From an uncultured Candidatus Binatia bacterium (GTDB lineage: Bacteria > Desulfobacterota > Binatia > UBA9968 > JAJDTQ01): DNA of 64,000 nucleotides. The notes under the pieces were generated by a model. The model was not told where the DNA came from, made no database searches, and was given only the letters and a program-made list of their open reading frames with translations. The translations under genes were made by a program, and so were the position numbers. The DNA is taken from NCBI GenBank assembly GCA_965242525.1, contig OZ251459.1:2336001-2400000 (forward strand), written 5' to 3'. Below, one piece after another: positions 53,679 through 62,353 of the stretch (position 1 is its first letter; each line of letters opens with the position of its first letter).

Positions 53679-53899
53679 CGCCGCTCCCGTCGTCAAGCCA
53701 CGACCCTGTCGGAGGCTGCGGCCTTGCGGCGGGCCGCCGCGTGAGGCCGCTCCCGTCCGTCAAGCCACGACCCTGTCGGAGGCTGCGGCCTTGCGGCGGG
53801 CCGCCGCGTGACGCTGCTCCCGTCGTCAAGCCACGACCCTGTCGGAGGCTGCGGCCTCGCGGCGGGCCGCCACGTGACGCTGCCCCCGTCCGTCAAGCC
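53632..53899. repeat. Four tandem 66-67 bp direct repeats
   Basis: CCACGACCCTGTCGGAGGC...CGTCAAG units start at 53632, 53698, 53765, 53831. Confidence 0.92.
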
Positions 53900-54813
53900 C
53901 CTCGCTCGCGGCGGAGCTCGGCGATGTAGTCCCGCACCCCCGCCTCGAGCTTGTACTCCGGCGCGTACCCCAACTCGGTGCGAGCTCGCGTGATGTCCAT
54001 TCGCGGCCGGGCGGGGGTCAGGGCGCCGCGGCGCAGGCGGATGTCCGGGAAGACCTTCTTCAGCACCGCTTCCACGTCTTCCACTGTGGTGAGGGTGCCG
54101 CTGCCCAGGTTGTACACGTCGTGGGGCAGGGGCGTGGCGCGCACCGCCCGGGCGATGCCGTCGGCGAGGTCCTTGACATAGACGAAGTCCACGCTCTCGT
54201 AGGCGTCGAGCACCACGTCTTCCCCGGCCATGGCGGCCCATATGGCCTGTTGCACCGCCACGCCCGGGCCGCCGGCCACCGCCCGGTAGCCGTACACCCC
54301 GGCGAAGCGCAGCAACGCAAGCTCGAAGGCCTGCCGGGCGGCAAAGGTCCTGAGCACGTGCTCGCAGGCGAGCTTCGACGCGTTATAGACCCGGCCCCGG
54401 CTGTCCAGGGGCGAGTCTTCCCGGAGCAGCTCCTGGGGGTCCTCGCCCCGGTACAGCGCCTGGGTGCTGGCGTGCGCCAGCCGGCGCACGCCGGCGAGCC
54501 GAGCGGCCTCCGCGACGTTGAGGGTGGCCACGAGGTTGACCTGGAAGCCGGAGTAGAGGTTGGGGATGTTGGCCTCGCCCACGGACGCGGCCAAGTGGAG
54601 GACGCAGTCGGGCCGCACCGTCAGGAAAGCGTCCACCAGGGCCGCCAAGTTGCAGACGTCGCCGCGGATCAACGGCAGTTCCCTGCCGACGACGTGGCGG
54701 ATGTAGTCCGGCTTCGCCGCCACGTCGAACAGCGTCACTTCGTCCCCTTGCGAGGTCAACTCCGCAGCCGCATGGGAGCCGATCAGTCCTGCTCCGGTGA
54801 TCAATACACGCAT
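53893..54813 (-). CDS. NAD-dependent epimerase/dehydratase (extended SDR)
   Basis: [14 protein letters not shown]. Confidence 0.92.
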   Translation of the reverse strand: MRVLITGAGLIGSHAAAELTSQGDEVTLFDVAAKPDYIRHVVGRELPLIRGDVCNLAALVDAFLTVRPDCVLHLAASVGEANIPNLYSGFQVNLVATLNVAEAARLAGVRRLAHASTQALYRGEDPQELLREDSPLDSRGRVYNASKLACEHVLRTFAARQAFELALLRFAGVYGYRAVAGGPGVAVQQAIWAAMAGEDVVLDAYESVDFVYVKDLADGIARAVRATPLPHDVYNLGSGTLTTVEDVEAVLKKVFPDIRLRRGALTPARPRMDITRARTELGYAPEYKLEAGVRDYIAELRRERGA

Positions 54814-54827
54814 GATGCCTTCCTTTC

Positions 54828-55063
54828 GGGAACCCCGGACAATCGAGCCGTGGATGGAGGGTGTTCCCTCACGTGACCTTCCTGTCCCCGTTCATCCTGA
54901 CTGTAGCGAAGCGAAGTCGAAGTGCCCCGTTCATCCTGAGCGTAGCAAAGCGTGGCCCTCCGCTCATCCTGACCGTAGCGCAGCGAAGTCCCCTCGTTCG
55001 TCCTGAGCGTAGCGAAGCGAAGTCGAAGGACGCGCTCTTCCTCCGGGACCGTTCAGGGCTTCC
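54828..55063. mobile_element. MITE with four tandem REP cores
   Basis: GGGAACCCCGGACAAT...ACCGTTCAGGGCTTCC; flanks TTTC/TCTC. Confidence 0.78.
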
Positions 55064-55185
55064 TCTCGTTGGTCCGGGGCGCAAGCGGCTTGGCGAGGAT
55101 CTACACCGAACCGGCCGGCAGGTCCATCGAGGGGAGGGAATCGGAGCACCCGGGCGTGCTTTTCAACGATGGCGAACTCTGTTAC

Positions 55186-55294
55186 GGAACGTCCGAGCAA
55201 ATTCCGTCTCCCTGTGGAAAAGCGCGCCCTTCGACTTCGCTACGCTACGCTCAGGACGAGTCAGGACGAACGGGGATAATCGTTCCGGGTTTCC
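55186..55294. mobile_element. MITE family copy
   Basis: Degenerate left end, REP core, ATCGTTCCGGGTTTCC; flanks TTAC/TTGC. Confidence 0.7.
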
Positions 55295-55362
55295 TTGCCC
55301 GTGACGGGGCGGCGCGTCCGGTCCTTCACGCGGCGCGCCGCGCACGGGCAAGGAGTTTCCTC

Positions 55363-56355
55363 ATGGTCATCGACGTCCATACCCACATGGTGCCGGAAGA
55401 CTTCCCTCCGGCGGGAGGCCGCGCCGCGGGCAGCCGCTGGCCTTGCATGGACCACACCGGGCCGGACACCGCCAACGTCATGATCGCGGGCCGGAACTTC
55501 CGCACGGTGCTGGACCGCTGCTGGTCCGTGCCGCGCCGCCTGCGGGAGATGGCCGCGGCGGATTACGCGGTGGACCGTCAGGTGCTGTCGCCCATGCCGG
55601 AGCTCCTGGCCTACGGGCTGGAGCCGCAGGACGGGCTCGACCTCACGCGTTACCTGAACGAGGTCCTGATGCGCATGGTGGACCAGGCGCCGGACCGTTT
55701 CTACGCCCTCGGCTCGGCGCCGCTCCAGGACGTGGACTTGGCCGCGGCGGAGCTCCGACGGGTCAAGTCGCTGGGTCTCCACGGCGTGGAGTTGCTCAGC
55801 AACGTCAACGGCAAGAGCCTGGGGGAGCCCGAGTTCCTGAGCTTCTTCCAGGCGGCCGAGGAGCTGGACGTGCCCCTGTTCGTGCACGCCCAGCACGCCA
55901 CCTTCATGGACCGCGTGGTGGGGCCGGGGTTCATCGAGAACATCGTGGCGTTCCCCCTCGAAGGCGCGTTGGGCATCGCCGGCATGATCACCGGCGGACT
56001 CATGGAAGCCTGCCCCCGGCTGAAGCTCTGCTTCAGCCACGGCGGCGGCACCTTCACGCAGCTCCTGCCGCGCATGGAGAACGCCTGGCTCAAGAACCCC
56101 CGGTTCCGTGAGTTGATGCCCCGGAAGCCTTCCGAGTACGCCCGCATGTTTTTCTACGACGACGTCTTCTTCGACAACCGCACCGTGCGCTACCTCATCG
56201 ACACCGTGGGCGCCGGGCAGGTGGTCATCGGCTCCGACTATCCCTTCAACTTCCGGGACCAGTCGCCGGAGGACGAGTTCGACGACCTGGGGCTCACCGC
56301 CGAAGAACGGGAGTGGGTGGGGTCGCGGAACTGCCTGCGTTTCCTGGGCCTGTAA
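55363..56355 (+). CDS. Amidohydrolase 2 family (ACMSD-like decarboxylase)
   Basis: IDVHTH, PLFVHA, FSHGGG, IGSDYPF. Confidence 0.9.
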   Translation: MVIDVHTHMVPEDFPPAGGRAAGSRWPCMDHTGPDTANVMIAGRNFRTVLDRCWSVPRRLREMAAADYAVDRQVLSPMPELLAYGLEPQDGLDLTRYLNEVLMRMVDQAPDRFYALGSAPLQDVDLAAAELRRVKSLGLHGVELLSNVNGKSLGEPEFLSFFQAAEELDVPLFVHAQHATFMDRVVGPGFIENIVAFPLEGALGIAGMITGGLMEACPRLKLCFSHGGGTFTQLLPRMENAWLKNPRFRELMPRKPSEYARMFFYDDVFFDNRTVRYLIDTVGAGQVVIGSDYPFNFRDQSPEDEFDDLGLTAEEREWVGSRNCLRFLGL

Positions 56356-56359
56356 CACA

Positions 56360-56595
56360 GGTCGGAAGCTGGCCTGCGAGGGCAGCGGACCGCGGTTCGC
56401 GGAACTCCTGCGGTTCCTGGGTTGGTACTCCAGGCCCTGACCCATCCACAAAGTCCCGAACCTCCCACATGGCCCGCAAACGCTCCGTCTGTAGTGACAC
56501 GATCATTCCCCCAGTCTGCACCATCCCGGGCCTGCTCGTGCTCACTTACCGTTGGATTCATCCCTCCCCTCCATGCTCACTTACCGTTGGACAAT
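56360..56595 (-). mobile_element. Insertion-sequence remnant (end repeats plus 5' fragment of a transposase)
   Basis: 18-bp direct repeat TGCTCACTTACCGTTGGA at 56539 and 56574; minus strand MIVSLQTERLRAMWEVRDFVDGS then degenerates. Confidence 0.5.
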
Positions 56596-56629
56596 TCTCC
56601 GTCTTGACGAAGGCGGCCCCAGCGGTTAA

Positions 56630-56755
56630 GGAAAAATCGGGAGAGGAAGGCATGAGCGCGTCCTTCGACTCCGCTTCGCTACGCTCAGGATGAACGGGGA
56701 TAGGGGGTCAAGGTGGGGGAATCCATCCTGGATGTCTCGATTGTTCAGAGGTTCC
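56630..56755. mobile_element. MITE with TTAA target duplication
   Basis: TTAA|GGAAAAATCG...ATTGTTCAGAGGTTCC|TTAA. Confidence 0.8.
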
Positions 56756-56759
56756 TTAA

Positions 56760-56896
56760 GGAAAATCGGGGCCAACCGAACCATGGATAGGGGTGTCCCC
56801 TCACGTGACCCTACTATCCCCGTTCATCCTGAGCGTAGCGAAGCGAAGTCTCCCCATTCATCCTGAGCGTAGCGAAGCGGAGTCGAAGGACGCGCT
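56760..56896. repeat. Adjacent inverted MITE/REP copy (two cores)
   Basis: CCCGTTCATCCTGAGCGTAGCGAAGCG twice; shares the CCCTCACGTGACC module with the 54828 copy. Confidence 0.75.
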
Positions 56897-56999
56897 CGAA
56901 GACGCCACTGTGTTCGACTTTTCGGGGTCGCAGGCCGCCCGCGGGGTGAAGGGCGCCCCCGCCGAAGCCTTGCGCTACCCGTAGGAAGGGAGCCGCGCC

Positions 57000-57824
57000 A
57001 TGACGGAGTTCGAAGCCGCCACCCTCGCACTACAACAGCAGCAGCTTTGGGCCGCTATCGCCATTCCGCTTGTCGCCGCATTGGTGGGCCTCGGTCAGAT
57101 CCTCGTGGTGCTCCACGGAATCCGGGTCATGGACAGGTTCAACCAGGATCGCGCCCGCCAGATCGAAGCGCAGATAGAAGCACAGCGCGGCCAAGCCGAA
57201 GCGCATCGCCGCCAGGTCGAAGCGCAGATGGAAGCACAGCGCCGCCAAGCCGAAGCGCGGATGGAAGCACAGCGCGACCAGGCCGAAGCGCAGCGCGAGC
57301 AGGCCGAAGCGCAACGCCGCCAAGTCGAAGCGCAGACGGAGGCGCAGCGTGAGCAGGCCGAAGCGCAACGCCGCCAGATCGAAGCACAGACGGAGGCGCA
57401 GCGCGAGCAGGCCGAAGCGCAACGCCGCCAAGCCGAAGCGCAGACGGAGGCGCAGCGTGAGCAGGCCGAAGCGCAACGCCGCCAAGTCGAAGCGCAGACG
57501 GAGGCGCAGCGTGAGCAGGCCGAAGCGCAACGCCGCCAAGTCGAAGCGCAGATGGAGGCGCAACGCGAGCAGGCCGAAGCGCAGCGCCGCCAAGCCGAAG
57601 CGCAGATGGAAGCGCAGGAACGCCAAGCCGAAGCGCAACGCCGCCAAGCCGAAGCGCAGCGCGCCGAATCTGACCAGCGCCACGCCGAAGCAATGGCCGC
57701 CCTCCAAGTGCTCATCAAGGGCCAGGACAGGCAGGCCGAAGCCTTGCTTGCCGCGGTCAAGAGCATGGAGCGGCAAGCCGACGCGCTCAAGGTGGTCATC
57801 GAACGGACGGCGCCCAGGGTTTGA
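57000..57824 (+). CDS. MTEFEAA-family TM-anchored coiled-coil protein with expanded 18-aa repeats
   Basis: QAEAQRRQVEAQTEAQRE units (54 bp); N- and C-termini nearly identical to 44292-44804. Confidence 0.82.
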   Translation: MTEFEAATLALQQQQLWAAIAIPLVAALVGLGQILVVLHGIRVMDRFNQDRARQIEAQIEAQRGQAEAHRRQVEAQMEAQRRQAEARMEAQRDQAEAQREQAEAQRRQVEAQTEAQREQAEAQRRQIEAQTEAQREQAEAQRRQAEAQTEAQREQAEAQRRQVEAQTEAQREQAEAQRRQVEAQMEAQREQAEAQRRQAEAQMEAQERQAEAQRRQAEAQRAESDQRHAEAMAALQVLIKGQDRQAEALLAAVKSMERQADALKVVIERTAPRV

Positions 57825-57885
57825 CCAGGGTCCCTATCCGGCGCGCGGACTGTTCACGGTGGACTGCTCTTCGGCTGCCTGCAAG

Positions 57886-58266
57886 TCAGGCCAGGGCCAC
57901 GACTTCGACTTCCACCAGCGCCCCTTTGGGCAGGGCCGCCACCGCCACCGTGGTGCGGGCGGGCCTGGTCAACCCCAGGTACCCCTCGTAGATGGCGTTG
58001 ACCGCGGCGAAGTGGCCCATGTCCGTCAGGTAGATGGTGGTCTTGACCGCCTTGCCCCAGGAAGAGCCGGCCGCCTCCAGGACCGCGGTGACGTTGTCGA
58101 GGACCCGGCGCGCCTGCGGCTCGACCCCGCCGGAGACGAGTTCCCCGGACGCGGGCTCCAACCCGATCTGTCCCGCGGTGTACACGAAGCCGTTGGCCTT
58201 GATGGCCTGCTCATAGGGGCCGATGGCCTCCGGCGCCCTGTTGGTATGGACTACTTCCGTCTGCAT
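57886..58266 (-). CDS. ridA: RidA/YjgF family enamine deaminase
   Basis: APEAIGPYEQA, AGQIG, PARTTVAVAALPKGALVEVE. Confidence 0.93.
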   Translation of the reverse strand: MQTEVVHTNRAPEAIGPYEQAIKANGFVYTAGQIGLEPASGELVSGGVEPQARRVLDNVTAVLEAAGSSWGKAVKTTIYLTDMGHFAAVNAIYEGYLGLTRPARTTVAVAALPKGALVEVEVVALA

Positions 58267-58370
58267 GGCGTCTCCTTGTCGTTTGTCGGGATATGCGGGA
58301 TCTACTACGAAACGGGCCAAGAGGTCCATTGCGCGGCGCCGCAAAGCGCGTCGGCCGGGATGCACGAACC

Positions 58371-58562
58371 ATGAGACTGATGACCGCCCACAAGATCCTC
58401 ATCGCCACGTCCGTGGTCTTCTTCGTGTTCTTCAGCGGGTGGGAGTTGACCAACTACCTGGGAGCCGGCGGGGTCGGAGCGCTGGCCCGCAGCGCGCTCT
58501 ACCTCTGCGTGGCCGCGGGTTTCGCGGTCTATTTCCGGTCTCTGAAGAACAAGGTGCTGTAA
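58371..58562 (+). CDS. Small two-TM membrane protein
   Basis: MRLMTAHKILIATSVVFF...YFRSL. Confidence 0.65.
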   Translation: MRLMTAHKILIATSVVFFVFFSGWELTNYLGAGGVGALARSALYLCVAAGFAVYFRSLKNKVL

Positions 58563-58563
58563 C

Positions 58564-58830
58564 GTGGCCCCGGACCCCTTCATGGTTCCCGTCACCGAGG
58601 AGGAGATCCGCCGGGAGCGCTCGAAGGCGCGGGAACTGCGCAACAGCCAGTGGTGGAAGAACCGCAAGAGCCGGGGACTGTGCGCCCATTGCGGCGGCCG
58701 TTTCCCTCCCCGGGACCTGACCATGGACCACCTGGTTCCCATCATCCGCGGCGGCAAGAGCACCAGGGGCAACGTCGTCCCCAGTTGCCGGGAGTGCAAC
58801 AGCGCCAAGCGGCACAGCCTGCCCTTCTAA
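58564..58830 (+). CDS. Stand-alone HNH endonuclease
   Basis: CAHC...TMDHLVPIIRGGKSTRGNVVPSCRECNSAK. Confidence 0.92.
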   Translation: MAPDPFMVPVTEEEIRRERSKARELRNSQWWKNRKSRGLCAHCGGRFPPRDLTMDHLVPIIRGGKSTRGNVVPSCRECNSAKRHSLPF

Positions 58831-58833
58831 CCC

Positions 58834-59145
58834 CTATCGACCCGCAAGTTCCCTCGAGTCGTGTCTCCTCCAGTCGGGCACGTAGGCCGCCATCAACGCC
58901 TTGTAGAGCTTGCCGTGGTTGGGCACGCGCAGGTGCAGCAGTTCATGGACGATGACGAAGTCCTGGAAGCCCCGGTCCTGGTCCTCCAGGGCCGCGGCCA
59001 GGGTCACGGTTCCCGACGTCGAACAGGATCCCCACTTCCGCGTCATCGGTTGCACGCGGACCCGCCGGGGGCGGACGCGCAACCGCCGCTTCCAGTACTC
59101 GACGCGGTGGCGAAGGGCCTCGCGCCGGTGGTCACCCATCCGCAT
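58834..59145 (-). CDS. Short M48/YgjP (DUF45)-like metallopeptidase associated with type I RM
   Basis: [17 protein letters not shown] (HExxH), PNHGKLY. Confidence 0.88.
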   Translation of the reverse strand: MRMGDHRREALRHRVEYWKRRLRVRPRRVRVQPMTRKWGSCSTSGTVTLAAALEDQDRGFQDFVIVHELLHLRVPNHGKLYKALMAAYVPDWRRHDSRELAGR

Positions 59146-62083
59146 CCGCGTCCGTTCCCAGGAGGATCGCCAGGATGCGCTCCACGACCCGGCTCCGTTC
59201 GTCCCCGTCCAGTTGCAGCAGCGGTTGGTAGAGGGCGGCGCGCAGCCTCCTCTGCTCGTCGGCGTTGGAGCCTGCGTTGGGGAAACGGGCCAGGAGCGCT
59301 TCCGCCTGTCCCGCCAAGTCCAGGGAGCCGATGCCCGCGGCCTTCAGTTCCGCATGGTCCTTCAGCGCCCAAAGGACCCCGAACGCGCGCGGCGAAAGCC
59401 CGCTGTCCCTTGCGGCTTCCATGGCCGCGTCCTTCTCGCCGGCCAGGGCGGCCAGTTGATCCATTGCCGAAAGCCCGGTGGTCCTGCGCTCTTCCAGGTC
59501 CTTCAGGATGCGCTCCGCGCGCTCCTTCAGGGGCAGCAGCACGGCCTCCAGGTTCGGCCGGTTACCGGTCTCCTGCCGGAGGCCGCGCACGAGGTTGAAC
59601 ACCTTGGCCTCCGTCGAACCCGACTTGCGGCGGAGCGTTTCCAGGGTGTTCAGGTCGAAGGTCACCGTCTTCGCCGCGTACCCGAGGCCTTCCTGTACCG
59701 CCCGGTCCTGCACCAGGAAGCGCGTCTTGTTGGCTAGGTCCACCGCATAGTCCACGCGGTTCGCATAGGCGTTGCGCACCGCGGCGTAGAGGCCGGTGAG
59801 CCGCTGGAAGGTCTCCATATGGTCGCGCAGCTCGGGCGACGGAGACAGGATCTCCCAGAGCGCTTCGATTTCCTTGTAGTCGTCGAAGAACGCCTTGCGC
59901 GGCTCCGGGTGGAGGAAACGGCCATAGACCATCCCTTCAAGGCGTTCGTCCGCGCTGCCGCTCCCGGCGGCGTCGAGGTAATCCGCGTTCGCCCGTTGGA
60001 TCCTCGCCAGGAAGTCTTCCATCAGGACGTCGAGTTCCTCGACCACGCCGCCCACGTCCGAGGAGTCGAAGCGCAGCGCCTTGCGCAGTTCGCGCAGCAC
60101 GCCCACGAAGTCCACCACGAGGCCGATGCGCTTGCGCCGTCCTTCCGCGTCCACGTGCGGGCGGTTCACGCGCGCGATGGCCTGCAGGAGCACGTGGTCG
60201 CGCATGGGCTTGTCGAGGTACAGGCAATAGAGGAGCGGCGCGTCGTAGCCCGTCAGCAGCTTGTCCGTCACGATGAGGATCTTCGGGTTCTCGTCCGCTT
60301 TCTTGAACAGGAGGCGCGCGTCCGCCTCGCGTTCGAGCGAGAGTTGGAGCTCTGCGACCAGCGGGCGGTCCGCCGGGTCCGCGGCGTTTTCGGTATAGAC
60401 CGCCGCGGACCATTCGGGCGGCAGATGCCGGTCGAGGGCGCGTTTGTACTTGGCGCAGGCCTCGCGGTTCACGCCCACGAGGAACGCCTTGTAGCCCAGC
60501 GGCGCCACGTTCTGCCGGAAATGGCCGGCGACGAACCGGGCCGCCTTTTCGATGCGGTGGTCCGCGGCCAGGAAGGTCCGCAGGCCCACCGCACGGTCGA
60601 GCACCCTGTTGAGCTCGTCCGCGTCGGTGACCCCCTCGGCCTCCGCCAGGGCGAAGAACTCCCGGTCCAGCCGCTCCGCCGGCACCGTCATCTCGCCGGG
60701 CGCCATGACGTAGCGGATGGGCAGGGTGGTCTCGTCCTCGATGGACTCGGCGATGGTGTATTTGTCGAGGTAGCCCCGGTGGTCGTCGGCGCCGAATATC
60801 CTGAAGGTGCCTTCCCCGTGCGCGGTCCGGTCGATGGGCGTGCCGGTGAAGCCGATGACGGTGGCGTTGGGCAGGGCCGCCGTCAGATAGACGCCCAGCT
60901 CCCTTGCTACCGAGCGGTGCGCCTCGTCGATGAACACATGGACGTTGCTGCGGGTGTTGGCGTCCTTCTCGATGCCTTCGAACTTGTGGATCATGGAGAG
61001 GATCAGGCCGCGCCTGTCGGTCGCGAGCAGGTCCCGAAGCTCGGCCCGGGAGTCCGCGCGCCACACCGGGATGTCCTGTTGCTGCATCTCGCCCAGCAGC
61101 CGTTCGACCCAGCCCTTGAGTTGTCCTTCCAGTTCCGTCCGGTCCACGACCACCACCACCGTGGGTCTGCGGTCCTGTTCCCCGCGTTCCAGGACTCGAC
61201 GCGCCGCGGTGAGCAGGGTGAAGGTCTTGCCGGAGCCCTGGGTGTGCCAGATGAGGCCGCGCCGCCTCGAAGGCTCGGAGCAGCGCTCGACGATGCGCTC
61301 CACCGCACGGCGTTGGTGCTGCCGCAGCACGGTCTTCCGCGTCTCCCCGTCCTCGACGTAGAACAGGATCCAGTCCCGCAGCGTGCGCAGGAAACCGGCG
61401 GGCTCGAAGAAGGACTGGACGGCGAAGCGGTAGCTCTCCTCCGGACGCTCCTTCCAGCGCGCCATGAAGCGGCGCGAGGCGTTCCATGTGACGCCGTACC
61501 AGTAGTCCAGCAGGTGCGTGACGTTGAAGAGTTGCGCCGACCCCATCAACTCGGGGGTCTCCTTCTCGTAGCGCCGCAACTGCGCGACGCCCTTTTCGAT
61601 GGCGTCCCGGTCCGCGGGGTTCTTGTGTTCGACGATGGCTACCGGCACGCCGTTGACCACGAACATCACGTCCGCGCGGTTGCCCTTTCGGGCAGGGGGC
61701 TTGACCCTCCACTCCCAGGTGACGTGCAGGACGTTGGCGTCCGGCCTCTCGAAGTCCAGGAGCCGGACGGGCCGGTGACGCTCCTCTGCCTCGTCGCGCC
61801 ATTGGCGCTCGCCGCGCAGCCACGCGAGGGTCTCGCGGTTGCCCTCCACGGTGGGCGGCAGCGCCTCGATCCGTTCGAGCGCGGCCCGCGCCGCATCGCC
61901 GCCCAGCCACGGGTTGAACCGATGCAGCGCCGCTTCCACCTCGTCGCGGAACAGCATCCCGGCCTCGCCCCCGCGCTTGCGCAGCGCGGCCCCCGGCGGA
62001 AGCGGCGTCCATCCCACTTCCGCAGCGTGGCGGACCATCGGGAACTGGACGGATACGGCTTCGCTGATTTCGAGTTCGGTCAT
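59132..62083 (-). CDS. hsdR: Type I restriction endonuclease subunit R
   Basis: [17 protein letters not shown] nuclease motif, [39 protein letters not shown]. Confidence 0.96.
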   Translation of the reverse strand: MTELEISEAVSVQFPMVRHAAEVGWTPLPPGAALRKRGGEAGMLFRDEVEAALHRFNPWLGGDAARAALERIEALPPTVEGNRETLAWLRGERQWRDEAEERHRPVRLLDFERPDANVLHVTWEWRVKPPARKGNRADVMFVVNGVPVAIVEHKNPADRDAIEKGVAQLRRYEKETPELMGSAQLFNVTHLLDYWYGVTWNASRRFMARWKERPEESYRFAVQSFFEPAGFLRTLRDWILFYVEDGETRKTVLRQHQRRAVERIVERCSEPSRRRGLIWHTQGSGKTFTLLTAARRVLERGEQDRRPTVVVVVDRTELEGQLKGWVERLLGEMQQQDIPVWRADSRAELRDLLATDRRGLILSMIHKFEGIEKDANTRSNVHVFIDEAHRSVARELGVYLTAALPNATVIGFTGTPIDRTAHGEGTFRIFGADDHRGYLDKYTIAESIEDETTLPIRYVMAPGEMTVPAERLDREFFALAEAEGVTDADELNRVLDRAVGLRTFLAADHRIEKAARFVAGHFRQNVAPLGYKAFLVGVNREACAKYKRALDRHLPPEWSAAVYTENAADPADRPLVAELQLSLEREADARLLFKKADENPKILIVTDKLLTGYDAPLLYCLYLDKPMRDHVLLQAIARVNRPHVDAEGRRKRIGLVVDFVGVLRELRKALRFDSSDVGGVVEELDVLMEDFLARIQRANADYLDAAGSGSADERLEGMVYGRFLHPEPRKAFFDDYKEIEALWEILSPSPELRDHMETFQRLTGLYAAVRNAYANRVDYAVDLANKTRFLVQDRAVQEGLGYAAKTVTFDLNTLETLRRKSGSTEAKVFNLVRGLRQETGNRPNLEAVLLPLKERAERILKDLEERRTTGLSAMDQLAALAGEKDAAMEAARDSGLSPRAFGVLWALKDHAELKAAGIGSLDLAGQAEALLARFPNAGSNADEQRRLRAALYQPLLQLDGDERSRVVERILAILLGTDADADG

Positions 62084-62151
62084 GGCCGGATCAGGGCGTT
62101 GCAGGCTCTCGAACAGGGGCGTTTCGGCGCGAACGAGTCGGCGCGCCTGCT

Positions 62152-62304
62152 AATAGCGCCCCCTGATAGAGCGCCCCCTGATAGCGCCCCATAAGCGCCC
62201 CCCGAGCGCCTTTATGCGTCTCTATAACTAGTTGAAATATCAACTGTTTTCTTCTTCGCACCTCTCTAAGCGCCCCCCATAAGCGCCCCTATGGCGCCCC
62301 ACTG
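62152..62304. repeat. Array of about 8 AGCGCCCC repeats around an AT-rich palindrome
   Basis: 5 repeats, then AGTTGA-AATA-TCAACT (62230-62245), then 3 repeats. Confidence 0.8.
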
Positions 62305-62353
62305 ACCGTTCGAGTGGCGTTCGGGAACGGCCTCGGTCCTGTCGCCTGGAAGG

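Noticed and set aside
53632-53899. Possible CRISPR array
   Set aside because: Whole units repeat with no unique spacers; no cas genes.
54880-55035. Tandem REP cores as CRISPR or tRNA
   Set aside because: Spacers are only a few bp, the same core is dispersed across the window, and no cloverleaf is evident.
55069-55362. N-terminal extension of the amidohydrolase through a MITE
   Set aside because: A strong AGGAG RBS precedes ATG 55363, where the family motif begins; the extension is likely incidental.
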